NCBI GenBank assembly: GCA_965648905.1 | Contig: CBFGIT010000011.1 | Coordinates: forward strand, 1 to 64,000 | DNA: 64,000 bases | Source: a candidate division WOR-3 bacterium | GTDB taxonomy: Bacteria; Hydrothermota; Tepidihabitantia; Tepidihabitantales; Tepidihabitantaceae | Direction of reading: 5' to 3' | Shown: positions 27,578 through 37,256 of the stretch, in pieces | How the letters are laid out: the number at the start of each line of letters is the position of its first letter | How positions within the stretch are numbered: the stretch's first letter is position 1 | Notes under the pieces: model-generated | Told to the model about the DNA's origin: nothing | Seen by the model: only the letters and a program-made list of their open reading frames with translations | The model's database searches: none | Program-made: the position numbers and the translations under genes

Positions 27578-28213
27578 CCTTGAGGCCTTGAAGCTCTGGA
27601 AGCGGGCGCTGTAGAAAAAGTTCCAGAGGGCCCGGGTCTTGCGCCGCAGCTCGGCCATCGAGCCTTTGTTCTCGAACACAAAGTCAGCACGACGCCAGAC
27701 GCTCAGGTCCGGCTGCTGAAGTTTGAGTCGGGCTTTGACCTGTTCGACGCTCATTCCGACCTGGGTCATGCGCTCGACCTTGAGCCGCTCGGGTGCGGTG
27801 ACCAGAATCGAGACATCCATCTCTTTGTCCAGTCCCCAGAAGAACAGAAGAGCAGCATCAACAACAACCAGCCCCTTCCGGTGCCGGTCGATCTCCTGAC
27901 GCACGCGGGCGATCAGGGTCGGGTGGACGATGCGGTTCAGCTTGTTCAGGCTGGCGCGACTGGCAAACGCGGCATCGGCCAGGGCCCGGCGATCAACCCG
28001 GCCGCTCTTGGTCAGGATCGAGCGCCCGAAAGTGCGCACGACCGCTCGGTATTCAGGCGTGCCCTTGTTCAGGATGCCCCAGCCCATCTCGTCGGCGTCG
28101 ATGACCTTGGCGCCGTAGCGGACCAGTTCGGCGGCAACCGTAGTCTTGCCCGCTCCCATGTTGCCGCCGATGCCAATGAGCAGCCGGTCCTGGGACAGCT
28201 TGCGGTCGAACAT
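27569..28213 (-). CDS. coaE: Dephospho-CoA kinase
   Basis: IGIGGNMGAGKTTV, VIDAD, LNRIVHP, VVDAALL, ADFVFEN. Confidence 0.93.
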   Translation of the reverse strand: MFDRKLSQDRLLIGIGGNMGAGKTTVAAELVRYGAKVIDADEMGWGILNKGTPEYRAVVRTFGRSILTKSGRVDRRALADAAFASRASLNKLNRIVHPTLIARVRQEIDRHRKGLVVVDAALLFFWGLDKEMDVSILVTAPERLKVERMTQVGMSVEQVKARLKLQQPDLSVWRRADFVFENKGSMAELRRKTRALWNFFYSARFQSFKASRGT

Positions 28214-28219
28214 CTTCGG

Positions 28220-29005
28220 CTACAGAACCTTGGCTTCTTCGTGCAGAAGCCGCACCAGCTCGGGCACGGCACTGCCCGGTTCACCTTCGATTACCCGGCC
28301 CGGCTTGCGGCCGGGCGGCAGACGGTCTTCGATGTACTCAAGCCGGCGGCTGAGCTGGTCTGTTCCGACCCCAAGCGCCGCCGCATCAAACACCGGAATC
28401 TCCTTGCGCTTGGCGGCCATCATCAGCTTCAGGGTTGGGTAGCGCGGCTCATAGGCGGCCTTGCCGATGGTGACGAGGCAGGGGAGTTTCGCGACCACAA
28501 CCTCGGTCGCGCCTTCGACCTCGCGCCGGGCGGTAAGCTCACCGGTCTCCGGCGCCGCGGTCAACTCGGTGACGGCAGCAACATGCGGCAGGTCAAGAAA
28601 ATGGGCGATGGCGGCCGGTACCGCGGCCTGGTCGTCATCGACCGCCTGTCGGCCGCACAGTACCAGGTCATGGGACATCTTCTTCAGGGCCGCGGCCAGA
28701 ACCCGGCCGACCGAAAGCGCGTCGAGGTTGTCGAATCCCGGGTCGCTCAGATGAACCGCGCTGTCCAGACCCATTGCCAGACACGTCCGCAGCGCGGCTT
28801 TGACCCGATCCGGCCCCAGGCCGACTGCCGTCACCGTTCCGGCCTGCAGCTTCTCCCTGATTCTCAGCGCGGTCTCAAGCGCGTACTCATCGAACGGATT
28901 GATGACCCAGTCGGCATCAGAGAGGTCGACGAACCCGGTCTGTGTGTTGACGCGGATTCTGGTTTCGGTCGAGGGAACCTGCTTGACGCAGACGACGATG
29001 TTCAC
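28220..29005 (-). CDS. etfB: Electron transfer flavoprotein beta subunit
   Basis: VCVKQVP, NPFDEYALE, LCGRQAVDDD, EPRYPTL. Confidence 0.93.
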   Translation of the reverse strand: MNIVVCVKQVPSTETRIRVNTQTGFVDLSDADWVINPFDEYALETALRIREKLQAGTVTAVGLGPDRVKAALRTCLAMGLDSAVHLSDPGFDNLDALSVGRVLAAALKKMSHDLVLCGRQAVDDDQAAVPAAIAHFLDLPHVAAVTELTAAPETGELTARREVEGATEVVVAKLPCLVTIGKAAYEPRYPTLKLMMAAKRKEIPVFDAAALGVGTDQLSRRLEYIEDRLPPGRKPGRVIEGEPGSAVPELVRLLHEEAKVL

Positions 29006-29008
29006 CGA

Positions 29009-30268
29009 TTAGCCCTCGAACGCCCTGAGGCAGAGCGAAACGTTGTGCCCGCCGAAGCCGAACGAGTTGGACAGAGCGGCCCGAATCGAGCACTCCCGGG
29101 CCGAACCTCTCACAAAGTCCAGGTCCACGCCCTCGTCAGGTTGCTCGTGGTTGACCGTCGCATGGACCCGGTTGTGCTTAATCGACAAGGCGGTTGCAAC
29201 CAGCTCCATCGCCCCGGCGGCGCCGAGGCCGTGACCGATCATCGACTTGGTCGAGTTGACGGCCATCCGGCGGGCGTGGTCGCCGAACAGCTCGACGATG
29301 GCCTTGACCTCGGTCGCGTCGTTGAGCGGTGTCGACGTCCCGTGGGCGTTGACATAGTCGATGTCATCGGGTGTAAGCCCGGCTTCGGTCAAGGCGCGAC
29401 GCATTGCCATGATCGCTCCGAGCGCCGCCGGGTCGGGTGCGGTGATGTGATGGGCGTCGGCGGTTGCGCCGAACCCGGCAAGCTCGCAGTAAATCGGCGC
29501 GTTGCGGCGCACGGCATGGCCGAGCTCTTCAAGGACATAGACGGCGCAGCCTTCGCCGATGACGAATCCGTCCCGGTTGCGGTCGAAAGGCCGGGACGCT
29601 TTGCCCGGCTCGGCGTTACGCTTCGACAGAGCGCCCATGTTTGAGAACGCCGCGACCGTAAACTTGGTGATTGCGGCCTCTGAGCCGCCGGTAATCATCA
29701 CGTCGGCATCGCCGGCGATGATGTGGCGCATCGCGACACCGGTGGCGTGCGCTCCCGAGGCACAGGCCGACGTCGTGTCGTAATTCGGGCCGCGCAGTCC
29801 GTAGCTGATGGCAATCTGGCCGCAGGCCATGTCGGGAATCATCATCGGGATTAGGAACGGCGACACCCGTCGCGGCCCCTTCTCCAGGAACATGGCGTGC
29901 TGCGCTTCCCAGGTCTGAACCCCGCCCATACCCGAGCCGATGATTGCGCCGACTCGGTTACGGTCCAGGGCGTCGAAGTCCAGCCGAGCATCCTTGACCG
30001 CTTCGTCCGCGGCGTAGAGCGCAAACTGCGTGAACCGGTCGCTGCGCTTCACCAGCTTCGGGTCAAGACGCTTCGTCGGGTCGAAGTCCTTGACCTCGGC
30101 GCCAATCTGGACCTCGAGGTCGGCCGGGTCGAACGCGGCAATGCGCGCGATACCGGTCTGACCCTGCAACAGGCTCTGCCAGAAGCCGGGGACATCGTTA
30201 CCGACCGGTGTGACCGCGCCCAGCCCGGTCACGACCACGCGCCGGCGACCGCTAACCTCGGTTGCCAT
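29009..30268 (-). CDS. fabF: Beta-ketoacyl-ACP synthase II
   Basis: VVVTGLG, SACASG, NAHGTST, KSMIGH, SNSFGFGGHN. Confidence 0.97.
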   Translation of the reverse strand: MATEVSGRRRVVVTGLGAVTPVGNDVPGFWQSLLQGQTGIARIAAFDPADLEVQIGAEVKDFDPTKRLDPKLVKRSDRFTQFALYAADEAVKDARLDFDALDRNRVGAIIGSGMGGVQTWEAQHAMFLEKGPRRVSPFLIPMMIPDMACGQIAISYGLRGPNYDTTSACASGAHATGVAMRHIIAGDADVMITGGSEAAITKFTVAAFSNMGALSKRNAEPGKASRPFDRNRDGFVIGEGCAVYVLEELGHAVRRNAPIYCELAGFGATADAHHITAPDPAALGAIMAMRRALTEAGLTPDDIDYVNAHGTSTPLNDATEVKAIVELFGDHARRMAVNSTKSMIGHGLGAAGAMELVATALSIKHNRVHATVNHEQPDEGVDLDFVRGSARECSIRAALSNSFGFGGHNVSLCLRAFEG

Positions 30269-30297
30269 CGAAACTCATGCGGAATCGGCCGAGAAGA

Positions 30298-30540
30298 CTA
30301 CTTCTTCTCGGCCATCCGCCGCTGCAGGTAGTCCACCGCCTTGCCGACAGTGGTCAACTGCTGCGAATCTTCGTCCGGTATCTCGATACCGAACTTCTCT
30401 TCGAACGCCATCACTAGTTCGACGATGTCGAGCGAATCCGCACCCAGGTCATCAACGAAATGGGCGCTGTCAGTGACCTTTTCCGGGGTCACGTGCAACT
30501 GCTCAACAATGATGTTCTTGACATCGTCAGTCAGGGCCAT
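30298..30540 (-). CDS. acpP: Acyl carrier protein
   Basis: [28 protein letters not shown] before ATG 30540. Confidence 0.97.
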   Translation of the reverse strand: MALTDDVKNIIVEQLHVTPEKVTDSAHFVDDLGADSLDIVELVMAFEEKFGIEIPDEDSQQLTTVGKAVDYLQRRMAEKK

Positions 30541-30659
30541 CGATTCCTCCTTAGGGAACTTATCGCGGCCGGTGCTTTCGGCCACGCTACCGTTGCCGCA
30601 GGCTAATGCGAACGTAGCAGTTTATCAACCGAGCGGACAAAGTCAATCTCGGCGGGCAG

Positions 30660-31082
30660 TTAGCGACCGAGCAGGAGCTTCAGGCCGGTCGCGGCGTCGC
30701 GGCCGCGGCGGACGCGAACGTGGCCAGGGACCAGCGTGACCTCACATGTGACCGTGACCCGGGCCGAGATGAGGTGGCCGGCGAAGGCTTGTAGGCGGCG
30801 GTTGCTGATGACCGCATGGGTATGGCAGACCGGTTGTTTGCCGTCCCAGGCGATGTTGCCGAGCAGCGCGGTAATCTCGTAGTCGCCCCGGAAGGTGCGC
30901 TGACAGTAGGCGCGTCGTGCCGGGTCGAAGAATCCGAGCGTTATGTCCCGGGCCGCGCCGAGTCCGGTGAGGTAGCCTGACCGGATGCGGCGGCTGCGGA
31001 TGAAGGCGCGGAGGGTCTCAAGTACTTCTTCGCCGCGCTCGAGGCGCAGGACGTAGGCGGAGCGGGTGTCGATGGGTATCAA
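30660..31082 (-). CDS. PPC/DUF296 domain protein
   Basis: VLRLERGEE, GLGA, EITALLGNI, HTHAV, AGHL, VTCEV; TTG start overlaps the topA stop. Confidence 0.88.
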   Translation of the reverse strand: MIPIDTRSAYVLRLERGEEVLETLRAFIRSRRIRSGYLTGLGAARDITLGFFDPARRAYCQRTFRGDYEITALLGNIAWDGKQPVCHTHAVISNRRLQAFAGHLISARVTVTCEVTLVPGHVRVRRGRDAATGLKLLLGR

Positions 31083-33361
31083 GGTTTGGGCGCGGTCGGT
31101 TTGCGCGGCTCTTTCTTGATGTAACGGCAGTCCGGGTAACCAGAGCAGGCGGTAAACAGGCCGAATCGGCCCTGCCGCTGGACCATCGGTTTGCCGCATT
31201 TGGGGCACGCCTCGGCAAGCTGTCTGGGTTCTGGTTGCCGGGTGCGAACCATGAACCGACACTCCGGGTACCCCGAGCAGCCAATAATCACCCCCATCCG
31301 ACCCTGCTTCTCAGCCAGCGGTTTGCCGCACTTTGGACACGGCTCGCCCGGCTTGAGGGCAGCATGAACTTCGCGCTTGACGTATCGGCACTCCGGGTAG
31401 CCCGAGCAGGCCGCAAACGGACCGAACCGGCCCCGGCGTTCCACCAGTTGACGGCCGCATTCCGGGCACTTGTCTTCGAGAAGCCGGGGCTGGGTTTTCT
31501 TGACGTATCGGCATTCCGGGTAACGGCCGCAGGCGACGAATTTGCCGAATCGCCCCCAGCGTTCTACAAGGCCGGCACCGCACTCCGGGCACTTCTCATC
31601 GAGCTCCTGACGCAGGTCCTGGCGGATACCATCGACGCGGTCCGCGACCCGGTCCAGGTCTTCCTTGAAAGGGCGGTAGAAGCGGCCGACAACTTCCTGC
31701 CAGGGTTCGTTGCCTTCTTCCACGAGGTCGAGTTCTTTCTCCATCTCACGCGTGAACCCGACCTCAAACACGTTGGCGAAGCGGGGGATGAGCACGTCGT
31801 TGACGACCATCCCGAGCTCAGTCGGATGAAGCCGGCCTTCCTTGCGCTCGGCGTACTTGCGGTCGAAGAGCGTGCCGACGATTGTGGCATAGGTTGAGGG
31901 TCGTCCGATGCCGTTCGTTTCCAGCCGCTTGATGAGCGTTGCTTCGCTGAACCGAGGCGGTGGCTGGGTGAACTTCTGTTCGGCGTCCAGCTCTTTCATC
32001 GTCAACGGCTCGCCGGCCACAAGCTGAGGCAGGGTTCGTTCTTTGTCCGGGTCGCCGTACACGCGCTCGAAGCCGCTCGCAATGCAGCGGACCGCATCGG
32101 CTCTGAAGGTATAGTCGCCGCCCATGACATCAATTTCGGTAAGGCCGTACACGGCATCGGCCATCTGACTGGCGACGAACCGCCGGTAAATCAGGTCGTA
32201 GAGTCGGAACTGGTCCGGAGTGAGAAAGTTCTTGACCGAGTCCGGGGTACGGTCGATGCGCGTCGGGCGGATTGCTTCGTGCGCGCCCTGCGTGCCTTTG
32301 CGGTCCGGGTAGTGCCTCGGCTTCTCCGGCACGAACTCGGCGCCAAAGTGACGGGCGATGAAATCGCGGGTATCGGCGACGAAATCGGCCGCAACCCGGA
32401 ACGAATCGGTCCGGGGATAGGTAATCAAGCCAGCGGTCTCCTTGCCCAGCTCGATGCCTTCGAACAGCTCCTGAGCGGCACGCATCGCCCGCTGGGCAGA
32501 AAACCCGAGTCGCTGAACCGCGTCCTGCTGCATCGTCGCGGTGACAAAAGGTGGCAGGGGCCGGCGCCGGCGCTCGCGCTGTCGCACGTCGGCAACCCGG
32601 AAAATAGCCCTCGTGCAGCCAGCGCGCACCGCCGCGACGTCGTCCTGACTGCGCAGCTTGAACTCCTCACCGCGAATCCGGGCAAGCGCCGCCTCGAATG
32701 TCTGCCCGTCGGCCCGGGCAAAGATGGCCCTGACCAGCCAGTACTCCTCGGGCTTGAATGCCTGAATCTCGCGCTCGCGCTCAACCAGGAGACGAAGGGC
32801 AACCGTCTGGACTCGGCCGGCCGAGAGCCCGCCCCGCACGATCTTCCACAACAGGGGCGAGACCAGATAACCGACCAGTCGGTCGAGCACCCGGCGCGCG
32901 CGGTGGGAGTTGACTTTGTTCATGTCCACTTCGGCCGGCTGGGCAAATGCCTCGTCGATGCCGCGAGGCGTGATTTCGTACAGCAGGACGCGCTTGATTC
33001 GCGCGCCGTCGCCGACTTCAGCCGCGACCGAATAGGCGATCGCTTCGCCCTCGCGGTCCGGGTCACAGCCGAGAAAGACAGTGCGGGCGGCCCGGGCTTC
33101 GGCTTTGAGCTCGTTGATGAGCTGAGCCTTGCCGCGGATCCGGATGTACTCCGGCTCAAATCCATGTTCGATGTCAACGCCTAGTCTTGACTTGGGCAGG
33201 TCGGCGATGTGGCCGCGCGACGAAAGCACCTTCATCCGGCCATCGAGCAGCAAGCTGATGGTGCGTGCCTTGGTCGGCGACTCGACAATCAGCAGGTCAC
33301 GAGCCCGACTCGACCGGACCTGAGCCTCAGTTGTTCGGGCAGGCTTCTTCTTTGTCCGCAT
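31079..33361 (-). CDS. topA: DNA topoisomerase I with four C-terminal zinc ribbons
   Basis: IVESPTKA, DPDREGE, SAGRVQ, LITYPRTDS, GIGRPSTY, four CP(E/K)CG...C..YP.C repeats. Confidence 0.97.
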   Translation of the reverse strand: MRTKKKPARTTEAQVRSSRARDLLIVESPTKARTISLLLDGRMKVLSSRGHIADLPKSRLGVDIEHGFEPEYIRIRGKAQLINELKAEARAARTVFLGCDPDREGEAIAYSVAAEVGDGARIKRVLLYEITPRGIDEAFAQPAEVDMNKVNSHRARRVLDRLVGYLVSPLLWKIVRGGLSAGRVQTVALRLLVEREREIQAFKPEEYWLVRAIFARADGQTFEAALARIRGEEFKLRSQDDVAAVRAGCTRAIFRVADVRQRERRRRPLPPFVTATMQQDAVQRLGFSAQRAMRAAQELFEGIELGKETAGLITYPRTDSFRVAADFVADTRDFIARHFGAEFVPEKPRHYPDRKGTQGAHEAIRPTRIDRTPDSVKNFLTPDQFRLYDLIYRRFVASQMADAVYGLTEIDVMGGDYTFRADAVRCIASGFERVYGDPDKERTLPQLVAGEPLTMKELDAEQKFTQPPPRFSEATLIKRLETNGIGRPSTYATIVGTLFDRKYAERKEGRLHPTELGMVVNDVLIPRFANVFEVGFTREMEKELDLVEEGNEPWQEVVGRFYRPFKEDLDRVADRVDGIRQDLRQELDEKCPECGAGLVERWGRFGKFVACGRYPECRYVKKTQPRLLEDKCPECGRQLVERRGRFGPFAACSGYPECRYVKREVHAALKPGEPCPKCGKPLAEKQGRMGVIIGCSGYPECRFMVRTRQPEPRQLAEACPKCGKPMVQRQGRFGLFTACSGYPDCRYIKKEPRKPTAPKP

Positions 33362-33415
33362 GGCGTGAGTAGAATAGTGACGTTCCCTCTGGTGTCAACT
33401 GCCGGGCGCAGTTGG

Positions 33416-33787
33416 TCACTCCTCGATAACCACGACCGCGGCCGCGTAGTCGTCGAGATGAGTGATACTCAGATGGGTCTTTCTGGTGCCGAGCAGCCGC
33501 GCCGCCCGGCCCGAGACCGCGACCGTCGGTCGCGTGCGCTCGTTGTCCCGAATCTCGATTTCGTTCCAGTTGATGGCACCGCGCAGACCGGTACCCAGTG
33601 CCTTGGCAAAAGCCTCTTTGGCGGCGAAGCGACCGGCATAGGAAAGATGACGGTGAGCCACACGCTCGCAGAACTCGACCTCCCGGGCAGTGAAGACCCG
33701 GGCCCGGAACCGCTTGGGAAACCGCTCCAGCGCCTGCCGGATGCGCTCGACCTTCACCAGGTCGATGCCGACACCAAAGACCGGCAC
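33416..33787 (-). CDS. acpS: Holo-ACP synthase
   Basis: GVGIDLV, AGRFAAKEAFAKALGTG, HLSITH. Confidence 0.95.
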   Translation of the reverse strand: MPVFGVGIDLVKVERIRQALERFPKRFRARVFTAREVEFCERVAHRHLSYAGRFAAKEAFAKALGTGLRGAINWNEIEIRDNERTRPTVAVSGRAARLLGTRKTHLSITHLDDYAAAVVVIEE

Positions 33788-33799
33788 AGCGAGACTCGG

Positions 33800-34492
33800 C
33801 TAGCTGCCCGCGGACCGGTTCAGCCGTTCAATGACCGGAATCAGTTCCAGAATGTCCCCAATCTCGAAATCAGCGCCGGAGTGTTCGGTACCGAACGTGT
33901 CGCCGTAACGGGCGAAAACCGTATGCATCCCGATTGTCTTCGCGCCGACGATGTCACGCTCGGCCCAGTCACCAACCATCACCGCCTCGTGCGGTGCGAC
34001 CCCAAGCAGCTCGAGCGCCTTCTGGAACGGTTCCGGCGCAGGCTTGCGTTGACCGGTGTCGTCAAAGGTGACGACGACGTCGAAGAACCCGTCGACCCCA
34101 AGCGAGCAGAGCCGCATCCACGCCTGGAGCTTGGGCGCATCCGAGACCACACCCAGCACCAGCCCGTTGCGCACAAGCCGCAGCAGGGCCATCCGGACAT
34201 GCGGGTACGCGACGAGCACGCCTTCTCGGCCCCGGCGATAGGCGAGGATGCCGTTGGCCAGTATCCGGTAGTCGACGTACCCGAGCACGCTCTTCAGGAA
34301 CTCGTCGAACACCTGCTGAAACTCGATTCCCTTTTCGCCGTAGATTTCGTAGATTCTCTTGTGCGCCTGTTCGTGGGTCAGGTCCAGGCCGGCGTCAATC
34401 ATCGCGTCGATTGCCGCGTCCACGGCCGCATCTTTCATCTTCATGAAGTCAACGAGCGTGTTGTCGACGTCGAAGACAACGGCCTTAATCAT
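33800..34492 (-). CDS. HAD-family hydrolase
   Basis: VVFDVDNTL, VVSD, RKPAP, MVGDWAERDIVGA. Confidence 0.9.
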   Translation of the reverse strand: MIKAVVFDVDNTLVDFMKMKDAAVDAAIDAMIDAGLDLTHEQAHKRIYEIYGEKGIEFQQVFDEFLKSVLGYVDYRILANGILAYRRGREGVLVAYPHVRMALLRLVRNGLVLGVVSDAPKLQAWMRLCSLGVDGFFDVVVTFDDTGQRKPAPEPFQKALELLGVAPHEAVMVGDWAERDIVGAKTIGMHTVFARYGDTFGTEHSGADFEIGDILELIPVIERLNRSAGS

Positions 34493-34493
34493 A

Positions 34494-35042
34494 CTACTTC
34501 TTCCGGCCCCGACGCACCTGACCGCGGTCGGGCGCACGAAACGACTGCTGCAGCCGATGATAGGTCGCCTGCAGATGCTCGCTGATTACCTTGGTCTCGC
34601 CGATGAGCGGCATGAAGTTCACATCACCGGACCAGCGCGGCACGATGTGGACGTGCAGGTGTCCGGCCACGCCCGCGCCCGCAGGTCGGCCCAGATTCAG
34701 GCCGATGTTGAACCCCTGGGGTTTGAGCACCCGGCGCAGGACGGTAACACAGCGCTGAGTCAGTCGGAAGAGCTCTCTTCCTTCGGCTTCGGTCAACCGG
34801 TCAATCAGCGCCACATGCCGGGCCGGCGCGACCATCAGATGGCCGTTGTTGTACGGGAACCGGTTCATCATTACCAAACCGAGCCGCGAACGGAGCAGCA
34901 CCAGCCGAGCTTCGTCGTCGCGGGCCGCCAGGGTCCGGCAGAACAGGCAATGCCGGGGGCCGGTTGAATCCTTGCATGGGGCAGAGTTGATGTACTCGGC
35001 GCGCCATGGCGCCCAGAGCAGCGCGGGTCGGGTCGGTCGCAT
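34494..35042 (-). CDS. HIT-family hydrolase (Ap4A hydrolase-like)
   Basis: LWAPWR, CLFC, NRFPYNNGHLMV, HLHVHIVPRW. Confidence 0.92.
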   Translation of the reverse strand: MRPTRPALLWAPWRAEYINSAPCKDSTGPRHCLFCRTLAARDDEARLVLLRSRLGLVMMNRFPYNNGHLMVAPARHVALIDRLTEAEGRELFRLTQRCVTVLRRVLKPQGFNIGLNLGRPAGAGVAGHLHVHIVPRWSGDVNFMPLIGETKVISEHLQATYHRLQQSFRAPDRGQVRRGRKK

Positions 35043-35047
35043 CGTGC

Positions 35048-36301
35048 TCAGAAAAGCCCCATCTGCTGTCCGGGTTCGACGTCCTTGAGCGCGGCCCGTG
35101 ACGCGGAGTCGGGCAACACGCGCACCACGCCGAACACGCCGTCGTACCCGGCAGTTGCCCGAACCTCACCGGCCCGCATCCGTTCGACCCCGAGCGCAAC
35201 CCGCTCGCCGGCGTGCCGTTCGATTTCGCTCGTCGGCGCATTGAGGAGAACCTCGAACTCGTTGCCCAGCTCCTTGACAAGGCCCTCGTAGACCTTGTGG
35301 ACCCCGGCGGTATCGCGGCCTGCGCCCAGGGCCTCGCCGATAATCTCCTCGAGCGGAACCAGGTGCTTGAACGGGATGCGGTCCGACGGTACCTCTTCCG
35401 GTCGGCGGTCGGCCAGCTCCTCGACCCGGTGCAGCACGCCGACGGTCAGTTGCCGGCCGCAGACCGGACAGAGGTTGTTGTTCAGCAGCGACTCGGCCGG
35501 CGACAGACTGATGCCGCAGGCCCGATGGCCGTCGAAGTGGTACTTGCCTTCCTCGGGAAAAAACTCGATGGTGTAGAGGAATCGGCGCTGATCCCGATCC
35601 TTGAGCGCCTGGCGCACGCCATCGTAGGTCAGCTCGCAGTCAAAGACGTTGGCCTCTCGACCCAGCCGGTTGGGCGAGTGGGCGTCCGAGTTGGAGATGA
35701 GCGCGCGGGCATCGAGTGCCGACAGCCGCCAGTTCATCGGTGGGTCGCTCGACAGCCCGGTCTCGACCGCGAAGACCTCGCCCGAGAGGTCGCCGAAGCA
35801 CTCTTCAATTGTATCAAACCCGGAGTTCGAACCGTAGAGCGAGAACCACGGCGTCCAGATGTGCGCCGGAACGACGAATGCCCGCGGGTCAAGTTCGAGT
35901 ACCTTGGCCAGAATATCGCGGCTTGAGACGCTGAGCGTGGGCCGGCCGTCTGAAGCCAGCTTGCCGTAGCCGTCAAGCCAGGAGGTCAGCCGGGCCGCGG
36001 TCTCGAAACTCGGAACAAAGACCATGTTGTGAATCCGGCGCAGCCGGCCGCCCGAGCTGTAGATGCTGTTCAGTTCGACGTTGAGCATGAAGTAGGTGTC
36101 GTCGTGCACGAACAGACCGTTGCCGGTCGGTTTCAGGTTCGTCTTGAGCGACTTGGCGTACTCCGGATGGGTGAAATCGCCGGTGCCGAGCAGCCTGATG
36201 CCCTTGGTTCGGGCGGCAACCGAAAGCGCCGGGATGTCCATATCCCGGCTCGTGGCGCGGGAGAACCGGGAATGAATGTGCAGGTCGGCGATGAACTGCA
36301 T
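35048..36301 (-). CDS. Endonuclease Q-family PHP-domain protein
   Basis: ADLHIHSRFSRATS, GTGDFTHP, PAHIWTP, ETGLSSDP, SNSDAHS, GKYH.DGHRAC, CPVCG, GYDGVFG. Confidence 0.9.
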   Translation of the reverse strand: MQFIADLHIHSRFSRATSRDMDIPALSVAARTKGIRLLGTGDFTHPEYAKSLKTNLKPTGNGLFVHDDTYFMLNVELNSIYSSGGRLRRIHNMVFVPSFETAARLTSWLDGYGKLASDGRPTLSVSSRDILAKVLELDPRAFVVPAHIWTPWFSLYGSNSGFDTIEECFGDLSGEVFAVETGLSSDPPMNWRLSALDARALISNSDAHSPNRLGREANVFDCELTYDGVRQALKDRDQRRFLYTIEFFPEEGKYHFDGHRACGISLSPAESLLNNNLCPVCGRQLTVGVLHRVEELADRRPEEVPSDRIPFKHLVPLEEIIGEALGAGRDTAGVHKVYEGLVKELGNEFEVLLNAPTSEIERHAGERVALGVERMRAGEVRATAGYDGVFGVVRVLPDSASRAALKDVEPGQQMGLF

Positions 36302-36349
36302 CTTCGCCATTCTAGCCGCCCTGCGCCTCAAGTCAAAGAACGAACCCGA

Positions 36350-37093
36350 CTAGCGGGCGACAACCATCATTCTCGTGGTGTACGGGCCGGGCGCAATGAA
36401 ACTGCCGTGTTGGTAGAAGTACGTCTCCCGGAACCCGGCGGCACGCAGACTGCGCTCGACCTCTTCCTGATGATAGGCCCGCTCCTGATGCAGCTCCTCG
36501 AACCTCTCCGCGCACTGCTTCCTGGACGAATCCCAGAACGTCAGGTGCAGCGAAGAGACGCGCGTTTCCGGGTCGTAGGTGTTGTGCCAGACCGACTGAA
36601 TCCCGCCGGTCTCGCGCATTGTCGTCCGATTACCCCAGAACTCAGCCAAGCCGTAGACCGTGTTCATATCAAAGGCGAAAAGACCGGCTTCGGACAGGGC
36701 CCGGCGCACGCAGGTAAAACACCGCACCATGTCCTCTTCAACCAGAAGATAGTTGATGCTGTCGTAGAGACTGACCGCGGCGTCGAACCGGTCGCCAACG
36801 CTGAAATCCCGGATGTCAGCCTGCACCGTCCGAATCGGCAGTTCGCCCCGCTTCTTGGCAAGGACTTCAAGCATCTCGGGCGAACGGTCCACGCCCGTGA
36901 CCCGGTACCCGCGCCGGGCCAGAAGCACGGCCGGAATTCCTGTGCCGCAGGCAACATCGAGCACGGTCTTCGGTTGCACGCCGAACCGGCGGAACAACTT
37001 TTCCAAGTAGTCAATCCACCCCTTGTAGTCAACGTACTTGAGCATGAAACGGTCGTAGTAGAACGCGAACCGGCTGAACGGGTCTCGGACCAT
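36350..37093 (-). CDS. Class I SAM-dependent methyltransferase
   Basis: FA.YYD, VLDVACGTG, GVDRSPEML, DSINYL, ELHQERAY. Confidence 0.9.
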   Translation of the reverse strand: MVRDPFSRFAFYYDRFMLKYVDYKGWIDYLEKLFRRFGVQPKTVLDVACGTGIPAVLLARRGYRVTGVDRSPEMLEVLAKKRGELPIRTVQADIRDFSVGDRFDAAVSLYDSINYLLVEEDMVRCFTCVRRALSEAGLFAFDMNTVYGLAEFWGNRTTMRETGGIQSVWHNTYDPETRVSSLHLTFWDSSRKQCAERFEELHQERAYHQEEVERSLRAAGFRETYFYQHGSFIAPGPYTTRMMVVAR

Positions 37094-37256
37094 GGGTATG
37101 GTCAATATAGACCGTGCCGGCCAGAAGTCAACTGCCCGGTCGCGTTTCCGACCCGCGTGCGCGCTGCCCTGCTCTGTTCTGCAGCATCCGCATTTGACAC
37201 GCCACAGCCCCGGAGTATCATCACGGCTGACCGCGAAGACAAGAAAGGAAGTCGAT

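Noticed and set aside
31100..31600. Four DNA-level repeats at the topA 3' end
   Set aside because: Ordinary topoisomerase I zinc-ribbon repeats.
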